Shown: positions 51,991 through 64,000 of the stretch, piece by piece | How the letters are laid out: the number at the start of each line of letters is the position of its first letter | How positions within the stretch are numbered: position 1 is the first letter of the stretch | NCBI RefSeq assembly: GCF_006345805.1 | Contig: NC_043020.1 | Span: 22,134,001-22,198,000, forward strand | Direction of reading: 5' to 3' | DNA: 64,000 bases | From: Octopus sinensis | Lineage: Eukaryota | The notes under the pieces: model-generated | The model's input: the letters and a program-made list of their open reading frames with translations, nothing else | Told to the model about the DNA's origin: nothing | The model's database searches: none | Translations under genes and position numbers: made by a program

Positions 51991-52190
51991 TAACTTAAAA
52001 TTGTATGATAGATTGCCGTCAATTCATTCTCTCTTACCTGTTTGTGTCTGCCTTCCAATTGCTGTTTTTTACTGAGATCTCCCTTTTTAGTAGAAGAAAT
52101 AGCTATAACTCTTTGACTGCTATTTCTAAATTCGGTATGTGGTAAGGCAATTCGTTGCTAAACCCTTTATTGCTTAGTATATATATATAT

Positions 52191-52234
<44 letters not shown>

Positions 52235-52248
<14 letters not shown>

Positions 52249-52790
52249 GTATAGCTCTTTGCAAACTGCTCTAACAATAAATACAATCCAAACACAAAAT
52301 ATTCTCTCTAAAAATAATCAAGCAAACACAACTGACAACACAAATCTTCTGGCGAGACCACCCCAATCACAAAGGACAACAAATGACGAAGAAACAAAAA
52401 CTGACACAAACCAAGAAAAACCTTCAAAACTCCAAGACTGGAACAAACTTCTAAACCAACGCAAATATGCTTATTGGAAAAGCATACGCTGTAAGAACAT
52501 AGCCAACATATATCAAAACTGGCGGGACTTGAAGAACCCAATACTCCCTAGAAAATTTCTTATCAAAGAAATAAGGAGTGAAACACTAGAAGAAACAACA
52601 ATACGTGCAAACCTAGCCCTCTGCCGACTAGAAACGGAATTTCCCTTCTACAAACACGAAGCACACACCAGGAAGATAAGATTAAAACAATCGATACCGT
52701 CATAATGGCCGAGATAACAGAAAAGAACAATAACCAAAAACAAAGAAAAACTACAACAATTATGGAAAGAGGATACCAAACGCCTGGGTA
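52235..52790 (+). pseudogene. Frameshifted non-repetitive ORF fragment, probably retroelement ORF1-like; family unresolved
   Basis: WNKLLNQRKYAYWKSIRCKNIANIYQNWRDLKNPILPRKFLIKEIRSETLEETTIRANLAL; protein-like composition, no splice structure. Confidence 0.35.
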
Positions 52791-53585
52791 ATATGAAATG
52801 TTAAGATGTATTATTTAGAGCAGAAATTTAGGGTTTCTGTCAGTGCGTTTTTACGTGAGCCTTGACAACGACGACTAAAACAACAGTGAATCCCAAATGC
52901 AGCTATAAGAATAACAACAACAAACACAGCATAACAACAACCAAGGCGTCTATTAAAGTAACCATGACAACCACAATAACAGCAACAACAATAACATAAC
53001 ATCTAAAACAACAATGACTACCACAACAACGAAAACCGCAACAATAATAACATCAATTCCAACAATTACAAACAACAATAAACAAAGAACGAATCATAAT
53101 TTCTTCGTATTTGTTAATCAGTGAAGAGGAAAAGTAAATTGATTGAAATAACAAAAATAATTGTATGGAAAATAAAACAAGCAATACATATATAAACAAA
53201 AATACAACGGTAAGAGAGAGAACATAAAGGTGGATGGTGGGAGAGCGAAGCGATGATGGAGAGGGAGAGAGAGAGTGCGAGGGAGAGAGAGAGTGCGAGG
53301 GAGAGAGAGGAGAGGAGGGAGAAAGAGACAGGGGGAGAGACCAAAAGAGATTATAAATTTAACACGCGCGATATATTGACAAACATTAAGAATGTTTGAA
53401 TTCTGACAAAATCGATGAAGCGAAATATCGATCTACATTGCAATGTTATTTAGTTAGAAACAGCCAGGCTCTCATTTCGTAATCCCATAGGGTCCCTAAC
53501 TTTATATTTTATCTTTCCAGGTGGAGGTCAATAAAACAATTTTCTGCATAAAAAAATGGGATCAGCTTTCATACTTCCATGATGG

Positions 53586-53631
<46 letters not shown>

Positions 53632-54608
53632 AATGACGACGATCCCAACCCCAAGAATGCGGAATTTAGCTCTTTAAATTGTTAGTTCAAATCCTGCTGA
53701 GATCAAATTAGCCTTTCGTCCCTTTCAGGTTTGACAAAGTGAAGGACCAGTCAAGCTACCACAGTTAAGCCTGTGTTCAAGTACCAGTAATAATCTACGG
53801 TTCCTTTCTCCTGTATATGAGATTCTATTCTTGTCCACCTGGCAATCTGGATCAAACCCAATCTCAAGTAATTTAACTGGTCCCTCCGTCCATCGCACAC
53901 GCGGCGTTGCTGGATGGTATGGATACGTCTCTGCAAATGCCAAACTACGTCTCAAGGACTTTTCCTAGTTAATGTTTTGCTCTTGTCACCTCTTCTTAAT
54001 CCCTTAGCATAGTTCGATCTCTTTGATTTGTTTGGTGTCCGATATTACTACGATGACGTCGTCCGCAAACACGCATCCTCCGCATCCCACTACTCATAGG
54101 ATGCGGAAAATACCCTCGAGCCCACTAATATCTACAATGGTGACTCTACATACTAAACGGTTCCGTCAAGTGACCACCGAGCAAAGTTATTGTACATTGC
54201 AGCGATCTAGCCTCTGAAGACAGGAGCGAAACCGACCGCTTTTAATAGCCTCTAAGCATTAATAGTCAGACCTACAGAAAGCTTTCGACAGAACTAATTG
54301 ATTAGAGCTCCACCCATTCCAAGTACTTTACTTACCCACTCTGTGAGGTATCACGTAAGGTGGAGGTTTTCGTGGATAGATGTTTTTGGTGTGGAGATTG
54401 CCTGTGCCTCACCCACGAGTATCGACGGCAAATTCAAATCCTTGGCTAACACCTTGACCAAAATCTTCACCTCCACGTTTAGCAGTTATGGACCTGAAGG
54501 AGTTCTTCCTAAGCAGCCACACCACAACTCTTTCCGCAGTTCTTGGAATTTTCGCGCTTTATTTACAGTTACAGTTGACATTTGTCAAGGGGACCTGAAT
54601 AAATCAGG

Positions 54609-55160
54609 TATTGGGTTGTCCGGAAAGTTCAAGCCGATTTATAGTAGCTTACCTTTCGACTTATTTTAGAACATGGTTGATTCCCCAAAAAATAGGTATT
54701 GACTACACCTCCATTTAGAGCACAGTTTTAGCTATCTTTTCGTGGAAGAAGGTTTATGTTCCTACAACCTGTGTTAATTCTGTAACCCTTTAAAATGGCA
54801 GGTAAGAAAGTTAATTTTCGGCACTTGATGCTTTAGGAACCAGACAAAACTTGCTGCAGCTCGGCTGTGTTGTGTTACCCCACCCTCCATATTCACCAGA
54901 TATTGCTCTTTCGGATTTCCACTTATTCAGGTCTCTGCAGAATAGTCTTAATGGTAAAATTTTCAATTCCTTGGATGACGTAAAAAGATACCTTGCCATG
55001 AACAACCTCAATCTGGGAGGAGGTGTATTTTCAAGTTAAAGGAAGGATGGAGACGCATTGTGCAACAAAATGGTTCATATTTGGTTGATTAAAAATGTAA
55101 TGGCACGTATTTTTTTACCTTTTTTTTCCCTTTAAAAATCGGCACAAACTTTCCGGACAT
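54609..55160 (+). mobile_element. Internally deleted mariner element
   Basis: Left TIR TA-TTGGGTTGTCCGGAAAGTTCAAGCCGATTT; partial right TIR AAATCGGCACAAACTTTCCGGACA; ORF LPHPPYSPDIALSDFHLFRSLQNSLNGKIF. Confidence 0.85.
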
Positions 55161-56599
55161 TAAACTCGTAGAGCAAAACCAGCCAGCCACCACATCGTGA
55201 AGCTCATCATTGCTTCCCATCTTATGTCAGCTGTTATTCGACTTTCGCCAATAATACCAGCTGGTGGTGGCGGGGATGGTGTATTTGTTGTCGTACATTT
55301 AAAGTTCTTTGGACATGACGACAAGTTGCCGTTACTTTTATGCTTTTTTTCTTTTCTTTTCTTTTGATGTTTTTCTTTTATGCTTTTCTTACCTACCACC
55401 TCCTTCTCTCTCGTTACTTGACATATGATCGAAAGACCACGCCGCGTAAGGGATTAGTAGAATGTCTTCTTCTCTGTGTGTATGTGAGAGAAAGAGAGAG
55501 AGAAAGAGAGAGAGATAGAGAGCGTGAGTGTTTGTATGTGCGTGTGCGTGTGTGTGTGTATGTAAAGAGGAGATTGGGTAGAGTTGGGATCTCCCTGGAT
55601 GGTAAAGAAGTTTTTCTTAATTTCGATATTTTCCGCCACCTTAATTGCTACTGCAAACGGGATTTTTTTATGTTGAATGTTGTTTCTGCTACTATTGATG
55701 ATACTAGTCTCCAATTTGAACTGTTTTGCCCCTTTTTTAAATTCTTGCTGCTACCTTCGGTGCTTCTTACGTAGTTGCACGTTCTTACTGTTGTTGCGGC
55801 GGCGATGATTGTTGATTTTGCTCTTGTGGTTGATGTAGTAGCAGCTATGGTATCGGCAGCAGTGGGTCTTTCATTCCATTTCTGTTGTAGTTGTGGGAGC
55901 AGAACTCTCGGAAGTGCTCAGTTGTTCAACAGAAATGACATCTTGGTCATTTACCCTCCACAGTTACTCACAGTTCTTTTCCACTGGGAATGGAGATAAG
56001 GTCTGACATCCTCTTCAACTGGTCGGGCTTTACATGAAAAGAACTCCTGTATTGTTGCAATCCAGTTCTCCCGCCTTATACTCTTAACACCCAGGAGAGT
56101 AACACTGCCCTCCAGCACTATGGGTTCTAGCTCTGGTAGGTCATTGTACTGTGCTCTTTACTGCCCTTCATTCCAAATATGTAAGGAAGAGAATAAAATC
56201 TTCGTTGCGGCGGGCAAACACTGAATGATGGAGTACAAGATCCTCCGTCTCACGTATGACCACGAACCTGCCGAATTACTTTGCAGTAGATATATATCCG
56301 GTGTCTTGCTATACATCCCTTCTATTTGGCCGTTTGTGGACGTTTCCAGTTGACAGGTTTTCAAACTTATGAATGTGAATGTAAGCGTTTTCTAGTTGTT
56401 GCAGCTAAGGTTTAATGGGTGGGTACGCGGTCTTCCCTTTTTCCCCTCAATTTTCGTAAACCTAACTACATCCGTTCATGTTAAACTCTATCATCCAGAA
56501 AGAAAGAATAGAGTTCGTTTACAACTACGTCTGCAAAAGGTTGTCACTGATGCTGTTTGAGGAACTAGATGGGAAATTACACCTAAAACATGAATAAGC

Positions 56600-57500
56600 A
56601 TTACGCGATAAGGGTCTACACAGTCAGTGCCATATAACCACAACTGAAGTAGCTAAAACACAGAGGTTGGACTGGCTGAAGAAGGGAGCATTGTAAAACG
56701 AGATTGAGAGTACCATACTGATAGCACTAGACCAAGCTTTGGCTACTACAAATTGGAGGGTCAACTTTAGGAATGAGCATGTGTCTCCACTGTGCCATCG
56801 TGAACGATTGCCCAAAACCACTATAAGTTGTGGAAACACGATACGGAAGCGAAAGTTCTATATTGAAGACTATGTAAAAAGAGGAATCTCTAGAGAGCCG
56901 AGATGCAGTATGAGAACAAACCTCAGAGAGGGGTGAGGTTGGAGACCTGCAAAATTCTATGGGATTTCTAGTCCAAATAGATCACCTGCTGGAGCACAAG
57001 CCGGACATAGTGGTGGTGTACAAGGTGCACCACATGTGCTACATAACTGGTGTTGTGTGCCCCATTGACACATGAATAGTCAAGAAGAAAGGCTAAAAAA
57101 TGGATATATACAATCGTTTTAAGTATGAAAAAGCTCGGCTTTGGAAATGAAGGGGAGGATAGCACCAATATTGTTGGGTCCCTGGGACAGTAACAGAAGG
57201 CATCAAGAGGAATACAAAAGGAAATAAGAATAGTGTGCCCAGTAGAACTGTTACAAAGGGTTTGTCGCCTTGGCATGGCCAATCATCAATTATTAGATTG
57301 CCGAAAATAAGGTAGCATGATGCTATAAGATGCAGGTAACAAAGCCGTTACTCATGCAAGATTCCACGAGTTCCAACAAAACCCGAGTTAAAAACAACAA
57401 CAACAACAATATTAATAATAATGATAATAATAATTATTATTACAATTATAATAATAATAATAGTAATAATAATAATATAATAATAATAATAACAACAATA
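56600..57500 (+). mobile_element. Second Dong/R4-clade 3' relic ending in AAC/AAT repeats
   Basis: WLKKGAL*NEIESTILIALDQALAT, ILWDF, HKPDIVVV; followed by (AAC/AAT)n at about 57390-57500. Confidence 0.65.
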
Positions 57501-57908
57501 ACACCAACATCTAAGAATTAAAAAATATTCTGTAAAAAATCAAACGAACAACAGGAAAGCATAAAAATAGGACAATAGCAAAATCAACAACAACAACAAT
57601 AATACAAAAGAAAGATAACAAAACACACAGATAACAGCAACATAACAACAACAACAGAAGAAGAAAAAGCGACAAGAGAACGTGAAAAAACTCTACTAAA
57701 ATTGGGAAAAAAATAAAGAAATGTAAACCAGAAAAAATACCAATGATGCGGACAGCAGTAACATCAACAACAACAGCACCAAAATAACAACGAGATGAAA
57801 ATAAAGATTAGACATAACAACAATAAAAAAGCCCACAAAACCAACGTAAGCCTTTATCAAAATCGGCATTAAGATGTGTATGTGTGCGTGAATATATATG
57901 TATACACA

Positions 57909-57983
<75 letters not shown>

Positions 57984-59081
57984 ATGTATATGTGTGTGCG
58001 TGTGTCAGTGTGTGTATGTATATATGCATATATATATATATATGTATGTGTACATGCACCGATGTATTGTCATAAATGCATATGTGTGTCTGTATTTTTG
58101 TATACACACACACACAGACATACATATATGTCTTGACAAGTGCAAGAACAACAACAGCAACAATGACGACAGCATTGCCTATATAAACACTCACTAACAA
58201 ACAGGATAATAAGGTGCGATTACAACAATAGTAAATACAACGAATATATAACACATTTATAAATATGCAAATATATGCACGTACGTGCGTACACAATTAT
58301 ACATACTTATTCATACATATTATACATACTTATTCATACATATATGCTTAAATACTACACACATGCTTACATGTATACGCAAACATATGCATGCATATAG
58401 CATACTTACATGCGTGCATGCAGACATGCATATATACAAGTACATACAAGTTTACATATACACAAGCCTATATACGTACATACATTCATACATACATCCA
58501 TCCACCCACCCATCCATCCACCATCCCATCCATCCATCATACATACATACATACGTACGTACATTTAATATATACATAGACGAATAACAACTACAAGAGC
58601 GAAAGCAATAACAGTGGAAAACAAAAATGATGTAATAAGAATACATAGGAAACAATCAACAACAACAATGCCATAATAAGTAGGATATCAAAGGAGAGTT
58701 TACTTTAGGCAAATAACAAAACGCAAACATGGAAAGGAATTGAGTCAATATACCGGATATTTATCAAATGTGATTATTTCAAAGGTTATAAAGCGGACTG
58801 TGGAACTGAACCTGCACGTGGATATAAAGAGATGTTCAGATATGCTTACGCATATATGCATGTGTGTCTGCGTGCGTGTGTGTGTGTGTGTATGTGTGTA
58901 TGTATGTATATATATATATATACATGTATATACATATGCATGCGTTTATATGAGTAAGTATATATATATATATATATACTATATTTATTAAAAAAAGCAG
59001 AAAATTCAACAAAACCTGTTACTCTGAGCTTCACGTTCCCGTTCGTCGGACAGTTTTTGTGTTTACTCTCGGTATGTATGT

Positions 59082-59131
<50 letters not shown>

Positions 59132-59441
59132 ATCAGGAATCTTGCAACACAAATTCATAAACATATATCTGTATATTCATTCAGAAAGCGTCATTATTGA
59201 ACTCCACAACACATTCGCTCCTGGCAATCAACGATCAACTTAGGAGTGAGAGAATCATTAAAGGGTGTTAATGTAGCAGCCATTCTAGCCATTCTCACCC
59301 CCCCCCCCAAATCCTAGAGCTAGCTACTTAATCTTACTTAATCATGTTTATATCTGTAGCGTTTTGCAAATAAGACAAATAAGAGACAGAGTTAAATTGT
59401 CTTTGCCTCAACTGCAAATATTTTCTCCCCTTAGAAAATAA

Positions 59442-59820
59442 CTAGCAGTATCGCCCGGCGTTGCTCGGGTTGTAAGGGAAATAACTCTATAAGCATTTTA
59501 GAGATGTAAAGTATAATAGCCATCTCAATATGGCTAACCACAAAGGGGGTGGGGTGTTACTTTAGCTTTTTACGTAAATTTTAGAGAGTTACTTCCCTTA
59601 TATATGCCAAAAATGCATTAAAAATGGGAAAAATTGATGGTAATTTTTTTTTTAAATCGTAAACTCATCGTAGACGCGCGCTAATACCCAGAAGAGCTCG
59701 ATATGAATCACGACTATAAGATACCCGTTTTGGTTAAACTGCACCGCAAAATGTGGGAGTAGTTAGGAATCTAAATCGTAGGAGACAGACAGCACACAAA
59801 CTTACTTTTATATATAAAGA
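59442..59820 (-). mobile_element. Non-autonomous Helitron, same family as 31498-31884
   Basis: A|CTAGCAGTATCGCCCGGCGTTGCTCGGG ... TTTTATATATAAAGA|T on the plus strand. Confidence 0.8.
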
Positions 59821-61399
59821 TATGTCCGCTCTAACGTCTCAAGCTCCTCATGTGCACACTTAATACAGACAATTAACAAGAAACTCTTGAAGGAAATTGC
59901 TTGAGTAAAGTAGATATCGTTTGATAATCGATCCCGTAATCTACATGGTTTCATTAAGCAGTGATGCTCGTTAATTCCATAAAATGCTATGATATACCAT
60001 TTTACATGCAACCTTCTTACAGATTCTCTTTCAAATACGTTGCATGTTTTCCAATATTTATTCTTAACAATTGAATCCTTCGCTTAAACTCATTTAAAAT
60101 CATTCATTTATTCAAAATTCTTTTTGTTTTTTGTTACTGCTGCTACTGCTGCTGCTATTGTTTTCTTCTTTTTCCTGTTCGAGTATTCTATTCGTCTTCG
60201 TCCTCTTTTTTCGTCGTCATCACCATTATTGTCTTCATTTCCCTCCTCTTCTCACTTTAAGTCTATAACCATAACAACTCCTTCTCCTCCTCCTTCTTCA
60301 TCTTCCCCTTCTAGGTTTTTTCTTCTTTCTTGCTTTTCTGATTCTTCGTCTTCGTCTTCTGATTTTTTTCCAGCATCATTGTCGTCATCATCATCATCAT
60401 CATCATCATCGTCATCATCTTTTTTTTTTCGCCTTCTCCTCCTGCTCCTTATCCTTTTCCTCGCCTGCTCTTCATCCTCTTCATCAGCCTCAAACAACTC
60501 ATCTTCTTTTTCATCTTCCCCTCTCTGTTTATCCTCGTCATCATCTTTCTGCTTCTTCTTGATCTCCGCCTTATCTTTCTCTTTCCTCCTCCAGGTCAGC
60601 CATTATAGTGTGTAGGCCTGTTTCCTGCCATGACTACCTCGTTTAATTAGATATAAGGAATTTATATTAACTTATGTAACGTTTGTTGTTGTTGTTGTTG
60701 TTTGATTGTTTATCTTCGAGATGACAACAGATGATCGAAAGGAAACTTGGCATCTCTTCCTAGCAATGCAGAAACGACGGAGACTCCGCTCAACCAGATT
60801 TATGGGATGCAGTCCTTAAACGGTTTTCTTTTTTCGAAAATGGCACGTGACATTGAAAAAACAAATATGTTTAGATTTTAGAACCCTCCTTTTCCAAAAA
60901 TGGTAATCGACTTAACCGAGAAAAATTCTTTCATTTCGTAGAATACAGCACAAATCTTATTAAGCCATGACTTCAACAAAATCCGAACAACTCAACAAGA
61001 TAACCTCTATGTGGTCACCCGTCCTGCTAAAAATAATAGCCAAATTCTCCAGTGGATCACTGGACCCATTTTAAAAAGGGAAAAACGTATTGTACGATGT
61101 TGTCGTAGAAAATTTATGAGAAATAAATAAATAAAAGAAATGGTGAGTTATAGCTGGAGCATTGATAATCATTGATCCACAGAACTGATGAACTACATCC
61201 AAAGTAACCTTAAACAGAAAGAGCCTCAATGCGGTCACTAAACCTGCTAGAAAATCAGCTAAAATTTCCTCAGATCACACCCAGCTATATTTAAAACATA
61301 GATATAGAGTGACCACAACTGATTCTTTCAGCGTAGTTTTGCTGGCTAAAGGTTGAACTGGGCCAAAGCAACAACAACAGCCACTACTACAAAATAATC

Positions 61400-61990
61400 T
61401 CCGCTGTAGTTTGATCCCGAAATCTCAAAAGTTCAATATCAATTTTCTTACTAGCCGAGAAAGGGCAAAGCCCATCACCATTTCCGTTGTCCAAGACTGA
61501 GGAGATGGGTAGCATTAATATCTTTCTTGAATGTCTGTCAGACTCTCTGAAGAGAAAATATGAATGGAGAGGGTCGACGACGTTCAGAGGACGAAAGATT
61601 GGGCATAGGGATTCGTGCAGGACCAGGAGGATGGGGTAATGGACACAACTTGTTTGATGACAGAAGTGGTGAGTGGGATAGGAATGCCTGGGTGGAAGTA
61701 GCCATGAACCCAGACAACTCCGAAGAGCAGAGGCCATTATAGGAGAGATAGAAAAGGCAGATAGAGTGGACAGTGCACTAGTGGACCAGAGGCCGAAGGA
61801 TGTCTAAGAGTGATTTTATGATCCATGTTTGTAGTAATTCTTGATACTCTGATATGAGAGCAATACTCCATTGTGGTCTGCTCTCTAGCATTGTAGTGAA
61901 CGAAGAAATTGCTTAAGGAAGAACATCCTTTGAACTTGAAGTACAAGTCGTTGGAATTGGATCAAATCTCCCCAAAACTTTCAAAGTTTG
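61400..61990 (-). mobile_element. Decayed CR1-group LINE 3' fragment
   Basis: VHYNAREQTTMEYCSHI resembles the Y..QIRP.MEYCSH.W motif; frameshifted. Confidence 0.5.
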
Positions 61991-62339
61991 AATATAAAGC
62001 GCCCACGATTCCAAAGTAAGGAGACAACCAAGTTTCATATATCAATATTTTAGTTCAGCAAAATAGCTCCATTTGAAAGAAATAGCCATTTCATTCATAT
62101 GATCCATTACTGTTTAAAAATCAAAGGGAAGGAAACATTAGATCGTGTGCTCTTGTTTATCATAAAATATAGCCCGGTTTGTCACAAACTGGAACCCTAC
62201 TTGCATAGATTTCCGGAATCAATGCTGACTTCGAACAACATACTATATATATATTATATATATATATATATATAATATATATACATACTATATATATATG
62301 CGATATATATATATATATAATATATATATATAATCTATA

Positions 62340-62380
<41 letters not shown>

Positions 62381-62876
62381 TATATATGATAGATAGATAT
62401 ATATAATAATACAAGGCTAGTGCTTCCATCGTTAAAAGTTAGCTGATAGGTTTGAAGTCATGGGGTAGAAAAGGAGATAAATACATGGAATACAACAACA
62501 GTGTGCAAAATAAAGTAAGTAAACGAAAGGAGTTACGTAATAGTCTTTTCTTGACAGCTGTTTCGGAAGCACCATGGCTTTCATTTTAACCATGCTCATG
62601 CGCAATAAATATCCATAATGTCGTTGGTATGATTAATAAAATAAGTTCCAATGGATTTGTTAGGCGAAGTCAAGTCACCCACATCGGAAGAAATATATTA
62701 CAAATGTGCTTTCAATGGAATACACGACACGCATTAAATTTAATTGTGTTTATCAACATCCTTCTCTTCTTCCCACTCTCTTTCTTCCTCTTTCTTTCTC
62801 CGTCCCTCTGTCTTTCTTTCTCTCTCTCTCCATTCTCCTCTTTCTCTATCGATACACTCACATGTGTATATACATA

Positions 62877-62910
<34 letters not shown>

Positions 62911-63099
62911 ATATTCACGTGATCACGTGACCGACCAGACCATCAGATGTTGCTACACATCGCTGGTCACAATGCGCTTCACATTGTTTTAGCCTTCAAA
63001 TGACGCCACCCCGCGGGCTAAGCGAGCAGGCCAATATATATATATATATATATATAATATATATACATATGTGTGCGTGTTTTTGTATGTTTATATATT

Positions 63100-64000
63100 A
63101 TATGGTGCACTGTAGGATAGGGCCACTCCTGGAAAACGATGGCACACTCACAGGAAATCCAATGAGGGTAAGTGAAATACTAAATGAGCAATTCAAGAAT
63201 ATTTTCACTCCACCCCTAGGGCATTTTCAAGTCAGCAATCCAACTGACTTCTTTTGCCACTTCAGATATAAAATCAGAGGCAGCGATGATTGATTACATC
63301 AATATAAAGGAAGACGATGTAATAAAGGCTATTGATGAAATGAAAAAAACTCAGCTACTGGCCCCGATGGATTCCCAGCAATCCTTCTAAAAGTATGTAA
63401 GAGAGTCCTAGCAAGACCACTGCAGTTCCTCTTTCAGAGCTTCCTTGCAACTGGCAAACTTCCAAGAAAACTGAAGGAAGGTAAAATATGCCCTATTCAT
63501 AAAGGAGGTAGCAGAGCGGAGGCCAAGAACTACAGACCTATCTCTCTGACCTAACACATCAGCAAGTTCATGGAACGAATAGTCAGAAGGAAATTAATCA
63601 CCTTCCTTGAAGAAAATGACTTGCTGCCTGACACCCAACATGGTTTCCGACCAGGAAGACACTGCTTAACTCAGCTCCTACAGCACTATGACTGGGTGCT
63701 GAAACGACTGCTCAACCACTCAAATGTGGAAGTGATATATCTCGACTTTGCAAAGGCCTTTGATAAAGTCGATCATAGAAATGATATGTCACAAACTGTG
63801 TGATCTTGGCATAGTTGGAAAATTGGGAGAATGGCTTCATGACTTTCTGAAGAATAGAAGTCAGGTGGTAGTAGCCAATGGGGCCACTTCCATTAACACG
63901 CAAATAGTGAGCGGTGTCCCGCAAGGCACTGTTCTGGGACCACTACTGTTCATAATGGCCCTCTCAGACATGCCCTCAGCCACGTACAAGCCACGATCAC
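63100..64000 (+). mobile_element. CR1-like LINE RT region, running off the window end
   Basis: SEILNEQFKNIFT, GPDGFPAILLK, NYRPISLT, QHGFRPGRHCLTQLL, IYLDFAKAFDKVDH, SGVPQGTVLGPLLF. Confidence 0.92.

Larger units (their letters stand above)
50745..52180 (+). repeat. Tandem repeat, unit 592-593 bp, ~2.4 nearly identical copies, bounded by (TA)n; one hammerhead per unit
   Basis: CTTATGCTTTCCTAAAGAC starts at 50761, 51353 and 51946; only scattered substitutions and indels between copies. Confidence 0.97.

Noticed and set aside
54208-54245. CTGAAGA-CAGGAGC-GAAAC hammerhead-like text
   Set aside because: No stem II pair (C-C), no NUH site pairing with GAAAC, and no stem I.
60124-60615. Ser/Phe-rich 163-aa ORF and its acidic antisense ORF (similar cases at 45562-46129 and 46546-46952)
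   Set aside because: Derived from (TCT)n/(TCA)n/(AAC)n trinucleotide repeats.

Overview
Eukaryotic, repeat-dense genomic DNA with very abundant (TA)n/(CA)n/(GATA)n/(AAT)n microsatellites. The mix of tRNA-derived SINEs and RTE, CR1, Dong/R4, Tx1 and Penelope relics suggests an octopus or other coleoid cephalopod; this is an inference, not a database result. The only host gene I can support is a + strand MFSD1 orthologue (lysosomal MFS transporter). Ten coding exons between 6161 and 23547 join in frame through canonical GT-AG sites. The first and last coding exons are not visible, and a 100-N gap lies at 34212-34311. The rest is transposon debris and simple repeats. The most notable non-gene signals are three. 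(1) A ~593-bp tandem repeat (50745-52180, ~2.4 units) carries two complete type I hammerhead ribozymes with a perfect catalytic core, a 70-nt stem II and a palindromic stem III; it lies downstream of a Penelope GIY-YIG relic and looks like a retrozyme-type circular-RNA generator. (2) The 5' region of a HERO-like (R2-superclade) retrotransposon has five G-GAA(A)GA-C hairpins whose stems differ yet stay paired, plus hammerhead core motifs in a non-canonical strand order. (3) A ~110-bp, ~96% identical inverted repeat brackets complementary TG-rich and CA-rich blocks. All alignments were made by eye, so repeat boundaries are approximate.
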